The notes beneath the pieces are model-generated. The model ran no database searches, was not told the origin of the DNA, and saw nothing but the letters and a program-made list of their open reading frames with translations. A DNA stretch of 63,952 bases, filler included, from Choristocarpus tenellus KU-1152 (Eukaryota; Protista; Phaeophyceae), in NCBI GenBank assembly GCA_964200185.2. It is 13 parts of 13 records of this genome, joined end to end, with 100 filler letters (N's around TTAATTAATTAA, not from the genome) between each part and the next. Parts side by side here need not be neighbours in the genome. Positions count along the whole stretch, not along the records: positions 47,500 to 54,622 come from CAXNAD020006654.1; positions 54,723 to 58,648 come from CAXNAD020017109.1; positions 58,749 to 63,952 come from CAXNAD020011515.1; 10 more parts are not named here. One strand, given 5' to 3'. The position numbers and the translations under genes were made by a program. Of the stretch, positions 50,401-62,718 are shown piece by piece (positions within the stretch are counted from its first letter, which is position 1; every line of letters starts with the position of its first letter).

Positions 50401-53400
50401 GCAAAAATCTCATTTGCTTGATGTGTACCCTAAGGCTTGTACATGCCGTAGCTTTGACAAGTAAGAAATGTGTCGACCGCTATTCAAACGCCTCTGCCTC
50501 AAACAAACTCTCCGAAAGCACCATGGCATTTATTTATTTTAACTATGACATGTGACACCTTCATATCCTCAAATGCAGTAGAAAAGGACTATGGAATGCC
50601 AATCATATACACAACCAACTTTATCCAGCCATGCTGACAATTATTTCCCTCAGGTTACACCTCTCTCAAAAGTACATGAGCTTAGGAGAAAAAAACTGCC
50701 CAGCACAAACCGTTCGTCTCCTCATATAAATTGCAAGTCTATAAAATTCTCAAATTGAAAGCACTGTCTCCCAAAGGCGAGCTGTGACAAGACATCCAAT
50801 CTACAAAATTCTAAATTCACTAAGAAAAATAAAAAATAAATTCAAGAATACATGCACATTCATACATACATACATACATACATACATATACTTGAATCCA
50901 TTAGATTAAAAGCAACCAAGTTACATTGTTACACTCACCACCAACATTGCCGGGTGCAGACGGGGCCGACATCTGCCCCTCCACAGCAGGAAGAGAGCCA
51001 GTCACATCAGCTTTGACTGCAGGCACAGAAACTTCAGGCACCTCCAATGATACACCTCCAGCAGGCTTGCCTACATCAGTTGTAACTGAAGGGAGGACAC
51101 CACTTACACCTGGCACAGCGACAGATGCTTCACCCTCCACAGGCAGAACCGTGCCAGACACCTCAGGAATCTCCACCCCTTCCACCTTTGCAGCAAGGTC
51201 TAAACCGGTTGCTTCCACGTCCACTCCAGCGCCAGGCCCTTCCACACTCACAGGAGGAACATCAACTGCAACACCTGTGCTGGGGAGCGAGACATCTCCT
51301 TCCGTGTTTGGGTTCTTGATTGCACCCCACACATAGTAAAGAGAGCAACATAGTGGGTGGTAATCATTAATCAAATCAGCTAAGGCAGATTAGAGGATCA
51401 TGTAGACAGTTGTTTCTAGATCCACTTCCAAACTTCAACCCCAGGTATTAGCAAATGCAAGGTACAGAGCACACTTGTGTAGAATTAACACCCATCAATT
51501 ACAAAAAATAGTGAAGGGGATGATGATTCGGGGGTGTTTTGTGTAGCTACACAAGAACAAACGATGTGTTGCTTCCAACAAAAGAATATATTGGATACTG
51601 CACTATACTATACTGAGTCAAAAGTATCTTAGAGGGTAGAGCCACGTCCATTTCAGGGCCAAATCCAATGTTGCAATTTTCATGTAGTTTTGACTATCGT
51701 ATTTGTTAAGAAGTGTCTATACCCTTGTTCCGGACAACTGTTCAGTAATGTATACATTTTACCTACTCCAAAACATTTCAAAGTAGGAGATGTAGTCAAA
51801 ACATTCGTGGGAAGTCAAGCCCCAAACAGACGGACAAGCAGGGCAAAACTCATACCCTCTAAGATAGGTTCACTTGCTTACAGAGTAAACCTTACCACCG
51901 ACCTGGCCAGCAGCATCCACAGCAAGATAGGAACAGACCCAACTAAATACAAGCAGCACACAGATTATACCTTAAACCTGTTCTTAGATCCGTTATGTTC
52001 TATTGCACTGTCAAAGCTCACACAGGACACAATAGTGCAAACTTTGCTTGTGGGGGACTAGCACGCATTACCTCAGTCTTCCCCTTGCCCCCACCGAACA
52101 AACGGCCCAGTCCGAACAAGCCACTCTTGGTCTTCTTCATGGCGGGAGCCTCCTCATCCTTGGCGCCTGTGGCAATGCCAGTGGCCACAGCCGCCGCTCC
52201 CAAACCAGCCACGGCAGCCCCTACCACAGCACCTGAACAAAGAGGGTAAACGCCGAAAATTGAGAACAAATTTGAAGCAAAGCACACACTGACTACTCTT
52301 TTTGCAAGTAAGAAGAGCAGAATAATTTTAAGATACACGCATGACTCTTGAAGATCCTACCGTCCTCTTTCTACACTCAGACACACCTAAGGAACAAGTC
52401 ACGCGGGACATTCACAGGGGACATTATCAACTCTTCAAGTCAGAAACGAATCTTCTATTTTGTTTTCTGCTCTACCAAACAAACGTGCGTTTGCACCACA
52501 TCTTACCGCCTGACATAAACACATCGCGAAAAGAACTATTTTTTAAAGGTTTTTTTTTTCATTTTTCACAAACAATACTCAGTCATGGCCTAATAACAAC
52601 ACAAAGCAAAGTGGGAAAAGGTAACAGTCACACGGTCGTCGTGATTAGGAGAATGGTGAAACGAGATTTTCAAAAAATCCAACCCAGCAATGGACGCAAT
52701 CTCAACTTTTCAAACCTCATCAGCCCAGTAAACGTTTAGGCGGGACAAATCTTGGATCGAATCACCTCTCAACTATTTCGAAGCAGGGGCATGTCTTACC
52801 AGGAATATCACCGGAGACAGATGGGGCAGAAACTTCAGCACTGACTGAGGGCATGTCACCACTTACAACAGGCATAGCAGTGCCTGTTTCACCCTCAACA
52901 GAGGGTAAAGATACAGAGGCGCCCGGTACCTCAGTTGTTGCAAAAGGCACGTCACCACCTACAACAGGTAGACCTCCTTCAACCTCAACAGAGGGCACAG
53001 ACGCAGACACATCCGGTGTCTCAGCCGTGACCGAAGGCATGTCACTGCTCACAGCTGGCAGGGATACGCTTGCTTCACCCTCAAGAGAAGGTACGGACAG
53101 AGACGCACTCGGCACCTCAGCCAAGAGGGAAGGCGTGTCCTCACCTACAGTAGGAAGGAAGGCACTTACTTCGCCTTCTACAGAGGGCATAGACATAGAC
53201 ACGTCTGGTACATCAGCCTTGACTGAAGGCACCTCCCCACTTACATCAGGCAGACCTACTTCTCCTTCTACAGAGGGTACAGACACATACACATCCGGTA
53301 CCTTGACTGCAACAGAGGGCATGTCGCCACCAACACCAGGCAGACTTACTTCAGGCTCGACAGAGGGTACAGACACAGAAACGCCTGGTACCTCAGCTTT

Positions 53401-54086
53401 CACTGAAGGCGCGTCACCGCTAATTGCAGGCATACTTGCTCCGCCCTCAACAGAGGGGATGGGCACAGACACACCCACTCCCTCACCAGTAACTGAGGGC
53501 ATGCTGCCACCAACATCAGGCAGGCTTCCTTCACCCTCGAGGGAGGGCACAGACACAGACACAACTGGTACCTTAGCTGACACTGAGGGCACGTCACCCC
53601 CAACATCAGGTAGATTTCCTTCAGCCTCTACAGAGGGTACAGACATAGACACGTCTGGTACATCAGCCTTGACTGAAGGCACCTCCCCGCTTACATCAGT
53701 CAGGCCTAATTCTCCTTCTACAGAGGGTGCAGACAAAGACACATCCGGTACCTTGACTGCAACAAAGGGCATGTCGCCGCCAACACCAGGCAGACTTTCT
53801 TGTGCCTCAACTGATGGCAGAGACACAGACGCACCTGGTACCTCAGGGAGATTTCCTTCAGCCTCAACAGAAGGTACAGACACGGAAATGCTTGGTACCT
53901 CAGCTGCAACTGAAGGCACCCCACAGCTAACGGCAGGCAGGGAGGCACTTGCTTCACCTTCAACAGGCGGTATAACAACAGACGCCTCCGGTACTGCAGC
54001 CAAGATCTCATTCGCAGTCCCTTCTAAACTAGCCGAGACGTCACCCAGCGAGGCCTTTACATCACCGGCCGCAGCACCAACAGACC
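47500..54086 (-). CDS. Large V/P/S/G/E-rich repeat protein (AHNAK/periaxin-like composition), partial. Exons 54086-52800, 52232-52072, 51314-50939, 50234-49731, 49386-49222, 48938-48775, 48160-48058, 47800-<47500
   Basis: Eight AG/GT-bounded exons with compatible phases and no stops; recurrent VSVPSVEGE/GGDVPSV repeats; two Ala-rich + KK..G(L/F)FG.L exons. Confidence 0.88.
51615..51875 (+). mobile_element. MITE family B, intronic
   Basis: GAGTCAAAAGTATCTTAGAGGGTA...TACCCTCTAAGATA. Confidence 0.87.
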
Positions 54087-54379
54087 CTGTCAGATGTTCA
54101 CGAAACGAGGACCAGTAGAGAACCATGCGAGAACACTTTAGTTTCATCAGCGATAAACAAATCGCTCGTTCTTTGCAGTGTTCAAATGCATGTCTCGTGA
54201 AAACACCGCTATATATATACCATGCCCCCCCCCCCTCCCAAAAAAATGGATTTAAAAAGAAAAAAAATGAAGTCAACAGGAAACAAGCAGCACACACACA
54301 CACAAACGTCTTTCTGGCGCAACACTTAGAACCTATTCTCACACCTAGGACAAAACCACCTGAGTTAGTTTTGCATCTG

Positions 54380-54555
54380 GGTCAAAGTATCTGAGGGGGG
54401 GGTGGTGTCGGCGTCCGGTTTTCATCCTTCTTTCAATTATCACTTCTTTTGTGCGATTTGGTCGCACGTGTCGGATTTGAAATGTCAGCAAAAAAAAAGA
54501 GTTATTTGCCCGAAACAGATGCCTCCTCACAAACCACCCCCCCCCCCCCCCAAAA
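54380..54555 (+). mobile_element. MITE family A, second subtype (same TIR, different body)
   Basis: GGGTCAAAGTATCTG(G)n...cctcacaaaccacc(C)n; matching ends at 17921-17992 and 38629-38676. Confidence 0.78.
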
Positions 54556-55707
54556 ACACAAAAACCCCCCCTTCCCATCCCAAAATTTTCCCCCCCCCAA
54601 AAGAAAAACCTCGCCTCAATTTNNNNNNNNNNNNNNNNNNNNNNNNNNNNNNNNNNNNNNNNNNNNTTAATTAATTAANNNNNNNNNNNNNNNNNNNNNN
54701 NNNNNNNNNNNNNNNNNNNNNNGAGTAGATGGAGAGGTGCTGGGCGTGGAGCCCCTCTCCATGTGCATGAGTCCTATCCATTCCATGGAAGTAAAGGGGG
54801 TTTCTAGTTTAGTTGGCAGCACGTTGTTGTTCTCTGCAGGAAGCCATAGACAATGTTAGTGGTATACCTGATATTGTCATCAATCATGACAAGATTGAAT
54901 GCTCACACCCTTTCCACCATATTTAACCCCCATATTTAACCACCATATTTAACCACCATATTTAACCACCATGTTCTACCGGGCAGATGCCAGGAAGTCG
55001 CCTGACTAGGTGGTAACCTGCTCAAAAACGCCTCTTGTGTCTTCTCTTGGTTTGAATTTCTACAACACTGTCACTGCATGTATCCTGGACACAATCAATA
55101 TCCCCAATGCAAAGCCATAACCCTAACGTTTTATCAATATGCCTGGACTTCAACAATCTGTGCCCCTATCATGATGCTCATCCCTAAACTTCATTGACTT
55201 CATGGGCAACATTGTTGCGACCATTTTAGCCATATCCCTAACCTTACCTCTATTTTCAACTTTGCTCGTGTCCCAAAAAATCCTAAGACAAATCTGTATA
55301 AATATACTACATGTGTTTTTATTGTTACTCTAACCCTCCGATACCTACCCGAACCTGAGTCGATCCCTTCATTTGAACTATTTGATTAGTATGGCAGTTA
55401 ATTTTTAACTGTAACCCCTTATATTAACCCTATAACCCTATGTCACATACTCTAACCCTAACCCTAGCCCTAGCCCTTACCCTTGTATTTTGTTTTCATC
55501 TGAACTCTAGTCCTAACTTTGGCTCATTCTAGTTTGTTCTGAACCCTAACCCTAACCCCAACAAAAAAACATCGTATTTCGGCGAAGTGCACAAATGCTT
55601 CAATGTACAAATTAACTTAACCCTATCAATACCACCAAAATTCCAATCCTCTGATAGATCACACTTGTATCCTGCATGTATATTGATATATTGATTTATA
55701 TGTGTAG

Positions 55708-56188
55708 GTGGAGGAACAGGAAACGGAGACCCAACGCAGGCGTTTTCACAATGACAGGTACAAGCTGGCCAACCCAACAATGATTGGGAATTTGTCCTCC
55801 CTAGAGGAACAAACAGACTACTATTGCCACGCGCCCTTCCCAGGAGCACTGGATCCCCTGCTGTATATGCCTGTCCAAGGCTGCAAACTCCTTGCCGTGC
55901 AGGTTGTTGCTCGGCATGGGGATCGTGCTCCTTGCAGGTACATAGTTTGCCATCAAAATTAAGAGAGATAGTCACAAGAATTATGAAGTTGTTTGATCAT
56001 CTTTCAACAATCAGATGCTGTGCAGCAGTTCTGTATTTACTGTTGTTTTAGTTAAATGTTTTACTTCACTACTAATAGTAGTTCTATTGTGCAAGCAGTA
56101 GTCGAGCAGTAGTCACTGTAGTATTTGAGAATTCGTTCAACACACACACACAAACACACACAACACACACAACACACACAACACACAC

Positions 56189-56223
<35 letters not shown>

Positions 56224-58162
56224 GTTGAAGTGTTTTTGCCCAGGATTGGATCCATATATGCACTCTCATGCATGTCATAATCACTCACCGCAAGAAACAA
56301 AAATATCAGACAAGTTACTTAATTTTAGACTTCAACATTTCCGAGTCTTAAAGTGTGGACATACCAGGACTATTTACCAAGCAAGATGTTTTACAGATGT
56401 GAAGGGGGTGGGTATTGTGCTGGGTCCCTATCTATGTTTTCTGTAGTGGCTGGTCCAGAGGCTGGGCCTGGTAAAATTTGGTTTTTATGTATGTCTGGAA
56501 TAGGACTGTCAGCTCGACCATGGACCAGCCGAGAACGACTAGTTCTTAGCGGGACTGATCCAGGGCAATTAGAGTTTCATACGGCTGATTGGAACACTAG
56601 TGTGTCACTTGTTGAAAAACTTGTGATAGATGGTGATGGATCGGCCTGGTCAGGTGCTGTTTGATCTTGTTGTCATGATAGGTGTGGACGTGGTTGAAGG
56701 GTTTTCCGAGAGTCATCTCTATTCCCGCGTGTATTTGGGACAATTTGAGGGTGAGTTTGGTGTGTGCGGACCATATTGACCTGGTTACGTTACTCCTTTG
56801 TCGAGGTGGTCCAGCCCAGGTAATAGGTTTGTTACCAGGGCTGACCTACGACCATGAGAGATTCTAACCGGAGTGGACCACGGGCTGGTCAACTGCTGGT
56901 CGAGTGAAAAGCCCTGGTAAGTACACCCATCGGCTTAGCGCGTTCTTAAAAGGTGGGATTCTTTATTTTGTTTTTTGTTTTTTAATATCGGAGCAAGGTC
57001 TGTGCTTCTGTGTATAGTTTTTGGGAGATGCATGTATTTGAAAAAATAAAAAAAGAGAGAACGAACCAAGAGAGTGATGTGAGAGAAAATCCCCCCTGTA
57101 CTTTGCTGTTCAATATCTGTGATACACCTTCCCAAATTCCCGCGACTCTTTGATCACCATCTTGCAACTGGTTTGTTGTGTAACCGACTAACCTTAACCC
57201 TGTGAAACGGATTACGCCTTCCAAACCCTACGAACAGTGTCTTGCCAAACGAAGGCAATGCTACGTGGGACTGCTACGATCACCATGACTTCGATAACAG
57301 TCCCATGCCTGTCAAGGTGTGTTACGTTATGCAGGGGATAGAATATAGCCCATACTATTCCAGGCTGTCAATTTTCATCAAAAAATGGATGAGGCGTTAC
57401 TGCCGTTCAAAATGTTTATTGGGGGTCAGCGGGCTGGTATGGCAGATTAAGGTATACCTCTTGTGGTATAAGGTAGGTAAAACAAACCATTTTCTTTCCT
57501 AGTCCGTGAAACTGTGCCTCAGGATAACCCTAATCCTATTTAGGTCCTTGGTGTTGTGTTGTGTCTGTGCATGTAGATAAGTTGTTGATACTTATTTGCA
57601 TACTGATTTTATTTTGTTTCTCTACATGTATGTGCGTTTGTATGTTCTTTCCAGTGTCTGCATGTAGGTTTGTGTATGAACGTATTTATGTATGTATTAT
57701 GTATGTATTATGTATGTATTATGTATGTATTATGTACAATGTAGGATTAGTATTTTCCTCCCGCTCTTATTCTTTAGCCCATTTTTTCGCCTCTTGAAAT
57801 ACATTTTTTTAAGTGACACCTGTGAGTTGTTTTTTCAATATATTATTGTGAACATGTTTATTCACTATTCTTTTGACTAGTTCCGATGTGGACAGTGTGT
57901 ACCAATAAAAACATTTATCACTTTTACCGCCTTTTCTATAATATATTGTTCATCATCATCCAGTGTGGAGCAACCAAGAAAGTAGCCTTGATTGCCTCCA
58001 TCTGATACAAAATGCCATTTTTTTTCTATGTGTTTAATTTTTCTATTTTTTAAAAATGTATGTGTGTATGCATGTATGTGAAGATGATACATGTAAGAGA
58101 TGAGCCCCAGCTGCTTCCACCCCGCCTATGGAAAGGAAACTGCTGGAAGTGCGACCTAACTG
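55708..58162 (+). CDS. Histidine acid phosphatase (branch 2), partial. Exons 55708-55937, 57238-57316, 58084-58162
   Basis: KLLAVQVVARHGDRAP catalytic RHGxRxP motif; later in-frame exons give WDC and WKGNCWKCDLT (cf. GNC..GQLT); AG/GT boundaries are phase compatible. Confidence 0.88.
56140..56221. repeat. Interrupted (CA)n microsatellite in an intron
   Basis: Directly visible. Confidence 0.95.
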
Positions 58163-58849
58163 GTAAAATCCTCGGGAGAGAGATGGACTGGGTATGGTGG
58201 GGAGGAAGGGGAAGGTGTGGGGGGGAAGGAGGGGGGGATATATTTCATAAGGGCTTTGAAAAAACATGATGTGGTTGGGATTTGAACTTCAGAGTTGTTT
58301 TGTGATTGTGTGGGAGGAGATTGCTTGAGTACTATTCTAGCACGGGGGGCGTTTTTCTTGAAAGGCGTTACCCTAACCCTTAATAGATTTTTGTTTGAAA
58401 GGCGTAACCCTAACCCTTAATAGATTTTTGTTTCTTTTCGTTTTTTGCGTATCCTGTAGAATAAGATTGTGTTCCTGTTAGGTCCCGAACATAGATATTT
58501 TTAGGTTAGAGCACCAGCAGTTCTATGCTGCAATAGTCTCGTACCTCAGTCTCGTACCACTACACAGGTCTCGTACCTCGGTACAAGTATCATACCACAG
58601 TACAGGTTTCATACCTTAGTAGGGTCAAAGTATCTGGGGGGGGGTGGGNNNNNNNNNNNNNNNNNNNNNNNNNNNNNNNNNNNNNNNNNNNNTTAATTAA
58701 TTAANNNNNNNNNNNNNNNNNNNNNNNNNNNNNNNNNNNNNNNNNNNNTTTTTGGGTGGAGAATAAAAAGCCATTTTTTCCCGATTTTGGTCAAATCGAG
58801 CACCGTGGGGTAGGCCCCCCCCCCCCCCCCAGATACTTTGGGTCAATGG

Positions 58850-61600
58850 GGTAAGTTTATCGAAGAAGTAGGGTAGTGTATATTTTTGGACGTGAAATGT
58901 GCGCATCCTTCTAGCCTCCTGTATTCAAACGAGTGTGGATAGATATCTCTATCATTTGTCAATAGTCTTCGATCTTGAGTGGAGTCTATGATTTGGTCGA
59001 TAACCCAGACGAGCCGTCTCACCTGAATCATAATCCTCTCGTCTTTCCCCCATCGAAATCCGGCATTGCTGGCTCTTGGTTCGGATGTCCTCTTCATCCC
59101 AGGGACGCGTCGATATCCTTCAATCAGTCCACCTTCGATCAACCTGCTCCGTACACTTGGACTCCACATGAGGAGAACTTCCACAGAGATATTTGAACCT
59201 CTCCGGGGCTTAAACTGTCAAGCGTGGTCAAAGATGGAGAAGGGACTCGTCAGGGTTCAATAGGGGTAATATTTCGTGATTTTGACTTGAACTTTGCATA
59301 GGAGTGGAAACCTTTCTCGTTCTCTTCATTTTTTGTATCATGCTTGGTCTTCAAGGTTGCGTACCGCGATCTGAAAGTCTTCCACAGTCACGGACATGCC
59401 CCCTACTTCCTCGAGTCCCTTGCGCTGCCGGTCTTGGGACTGACCCAATTCCACACGGGAGGACGACCGGGTATGCCACAACCAATTTGTGGATTGTCGT
59501 ACCATGATTTCCCTCTCCTTGGTGTTCTTGGGGCGATGATCTGCTAAAGTCAGCACAGCGAGGGTCAACTCCAGCACGACAGTAGAAGCACCACCTGGAG
59601 CACGACGAGGAAGATATGGGCGACCGATATCTTTTGGAGGCACGTGATGTGCAGTAGAGTGTCGAGTTCTAAAACACTGAAGGCAAGCATGAGCTGCTGG
59701 GATATGGATATTGTGAAGGAGGAGGATACGGTGGTTACGATCATCACATCAATCCATCAGGCGTTTTTCCTGTGAGATGGTGACTGATCTCCAAGTATGA
59801 GGTATACCTTTGGTTGGATAATAGAGGGGTTTTGATAGCGTTGAAAGTTTAATAAACAGAAAGCGATGTCCCTGACCTAGTCACTACTTTATGGTAGGTT
59901 AGGAGAGCATAAATCTTTAACAAAAGCTGATATCGGAATCATGTTCCTGTATCGAAAGGTGCTAGTTAAGGATGTCCATGTATTTGTGGAAGAAGAGTTC
60001 ATGCAAGGCGACTAATACATTTGTGAACGGCAGCTGGCATTCACACCCACCCACTCTTGGATCAGTATTAAAAAATCGTACAACCTAGAATGCTTTTTCG
60101 AGTATTTCGGAGTTAGTGGAAGACGATATGAAGTAAATCAATATATATATATACCAACACCTAATACTGCATGACATTGACTGCAATTTGTCCTTGACAT
60201 ACAGGACCAGATGCTTGTTTCAAACATCTCCTCCAATTGTAAAACTACCAGTTCTGTTCACCGCGAGAGAGAAGATCCTGTAGAAGATTAAGGGGTCGTG
60301 ATGTGTCTACTGGTGGATGAATGCGTTGGTGGCTTGGACTCTCGGCAAGACTGTACCGGCTCCAAATAGTTGATGACACGGAGTTCATTCTCCAGGACTG
60401 ATCCATTTCCTTCCAGCGTGATGCCTTGAACATATTTCCTCTGCAATACAGCATACTTGTGCTGGACTCATATGCTGCCTGCTTTCCCTGTAACTTTGAT
60501 GCAAAGAGCATTGCCTGGTGCCCACTGCCTCCATACAACTCCTTCTCCTCCGTTTCCAGCAACTGAGGGAGGAGAAGGAGCTACTGCATTGGTGACAATG
60601 CTTTGTTGGGTACATGTCATGACCTCAACACCATGACAAGGCAGCTGTGGCTGGCAGCTGTTCAGGCACATGATGGGCAATGTGTGGCTGATTTGGAGTG
60701 GAGCCTATGTGAATCTTGTCAGGGACTGCGTTAGGGGTTCATCATGGAATACCACCCATACAATTGCTAACCTCTCCCCTGTGGTGGAAATTGACTCCGT
60801 ACTGGATAGTGAAATGTCGACGTAGGCTCAGCATTGGCAAAACAGATAATGGTGCAATAAGAAGGAAAAGAGGGAGAAGAACACTGCAACAACAAAACAG
60901 AATTCCTGTCAGAAGGCACCACCTAACCTATGAGAAGCGTTACTAAGACAAGCGCAGTCGCTCTTGTTTTTCTTCTTTGTCATGAGGTACAAGTTCTCGA
61001 ACCACAACCTGCCGAGCATTATGCAAAAACCTTGTCAGGTGGCTTCTATCTTTGGCAAAGTGGAGCTTAAAGCTGTTGCTGTGATTGATCTGTCTATGAA
61101 CGAATTCCTCAACTCCAAGAGAATACCTAGTGATGAGCTTGTTGACCTTTCTGAGGAGCATATTTTTTCCTTGGGATATGAGTCTCTTTTCTTCTTTTGC
61201 TTTCGGGTGCTTCAGATGGATTGTATGCTGAATGGCAAAGCTGTGCAAAGGAGTTTTAATGAGAGCCCTGATGCTTGAGTTGACATAGCGTATGAAGATC
61301 TGAAGTTTATGGACTGGCAGGAGATTGAACTAAAGAAGAGGAATGGATGAGGGAAACAAGATGTTGACTTCAGAGACATTGTGGTACTCCTATTTGATCA
61401 CAAAGAGGCGGGTATAGGCGAGCAGTGTGAACACGGACAAATAATGGAGTTCACCAGTTGTCAGACTACCTTGGTGAAGTTTTTTTTCTCTTCAGGTAGG
61501 AAGGTTGTACCTTTTGGGGGAGAAAGGGTTGTTTTGAGTGTAACACTCCTCTCAGTAGAGGAGTCAATCATTCAGAAGTGTCACGGATTACCTTAGTCAA
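58850..61600. mobile_element. Heavily decayed retroelement-like sequence, unclassified
   Basis: Coding-like composition with only short interrupted ORFs and no spliced gene structure; no diagnostic motif secured. Confidence 0.25.
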
Positions 61601-62117
61601 AACCTCAACCACATATATATATATATATATATATATATCCTCACGCAGGAACAAACACAGGTACCTTCTGACTAACATGAGATGCAGTCAAGTCTTGCAT
61701 ATCAAATACACTAAGTTGCTAATCCACTCAAGAGAATGAAACTGTATACATGAGACGAATGCTACATACAAATATCTGGTGAGAACCGCAACAGTCCACA
61801 AGCGATTATGACGTTGAAGTATGATAATATATATATATATATAAAATATTTTGCCACAAACAAAAGGCACGTATCACCTCCCTTGTTTTGTTGGGGGGAT
61901 CCATTAACACCATAAATCACTTGAACTAGCTAGCGATGCTAATTGGCATACAACATGAAACTGGATGCACGTGACAATCGATAAAACCATTTAGAAGATT
62001 TGGCTAGAATCCATGTTCAGAAGGCAATGGTGAAAACCTACTGTGAACAGCAATATCCTATAGCACAAAGGTATGCCTACATATTTTTTTCATGGCGTAA
62101 TCTACACAGTATAATAT

Positions 62118-62374
62118 GAGTGCAAGTATCTTAGAGGGTACAAGTTTTGCCCTGTTAATTTGGGACTTGGCTTCCCTTGTTTTTTTTAATGATATTTTCC
62201 TACTCCAAAATGCTTAGGGTTAGGGTAAAATATATACGCCATGAAAAGGTGTGTCCGGAAGATGGATATTGACACTTCGTAACAAAACACGATTGCCAAA
62301 ATTACATCAAAATCGCAATGTTGGATTTTGACCCCCAAATAGGCGCGGATCTACCCTTTAAGATACTTTGGTTT
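62118..62374 (-). mobile_element. MITE family B
   Basis: GAGTGCAAGTATCTTAGAGGGTA...TACCCTTTAAGATACTTTGG; flanks ATAT/ATAC. Confidence 0.87.
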
Positions 62375-62619
62375 ATACACATAGCTCGTTGTACATGCCT
62401 CGTAAATTTTATCCTTCTAAAAAAAGAAAATCACAAGTACATGTAGCAAACCTTTTGAGTATGCAAATGGTGTAAGTACCTGATGGGAGCCATAATCAGT
62501 GAGGAAGCATTCCTCACTGATCTATTTGGTTGGGGAACAAACAAGAAGCGCAGATCTCGACTATTCATATATACACTCTGAAAACTGAAACTGAAAACTA
62601 GGAACTTTCTCGCATACAT

Positions 62620-62718
62620 GTATTGTTCACTTCTCAATTTGACGCATGCAACCAAATCACCCGAAAATCACATTAAAAAATGGGGCCCGAATGGACAGCC
62701 TTCACCCTCCCCAGATAC
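62620..62718 (+). mobile_element. MITE family A, partial
   Basis: gcatgcaaccaaatcacccgaaaatc...gaatggacagcc..ccccagatac matches the right half of 14926-15104. Confidence 0.7.

Noticed and set aside
52853-54118. Long + strand T/S/P-rich mucin-like ORFs (also 49721-50272 and 50926-51336)
   Set aside because: Antisense shadows of the minus-strand repeat gene, which has the consistent splice signals
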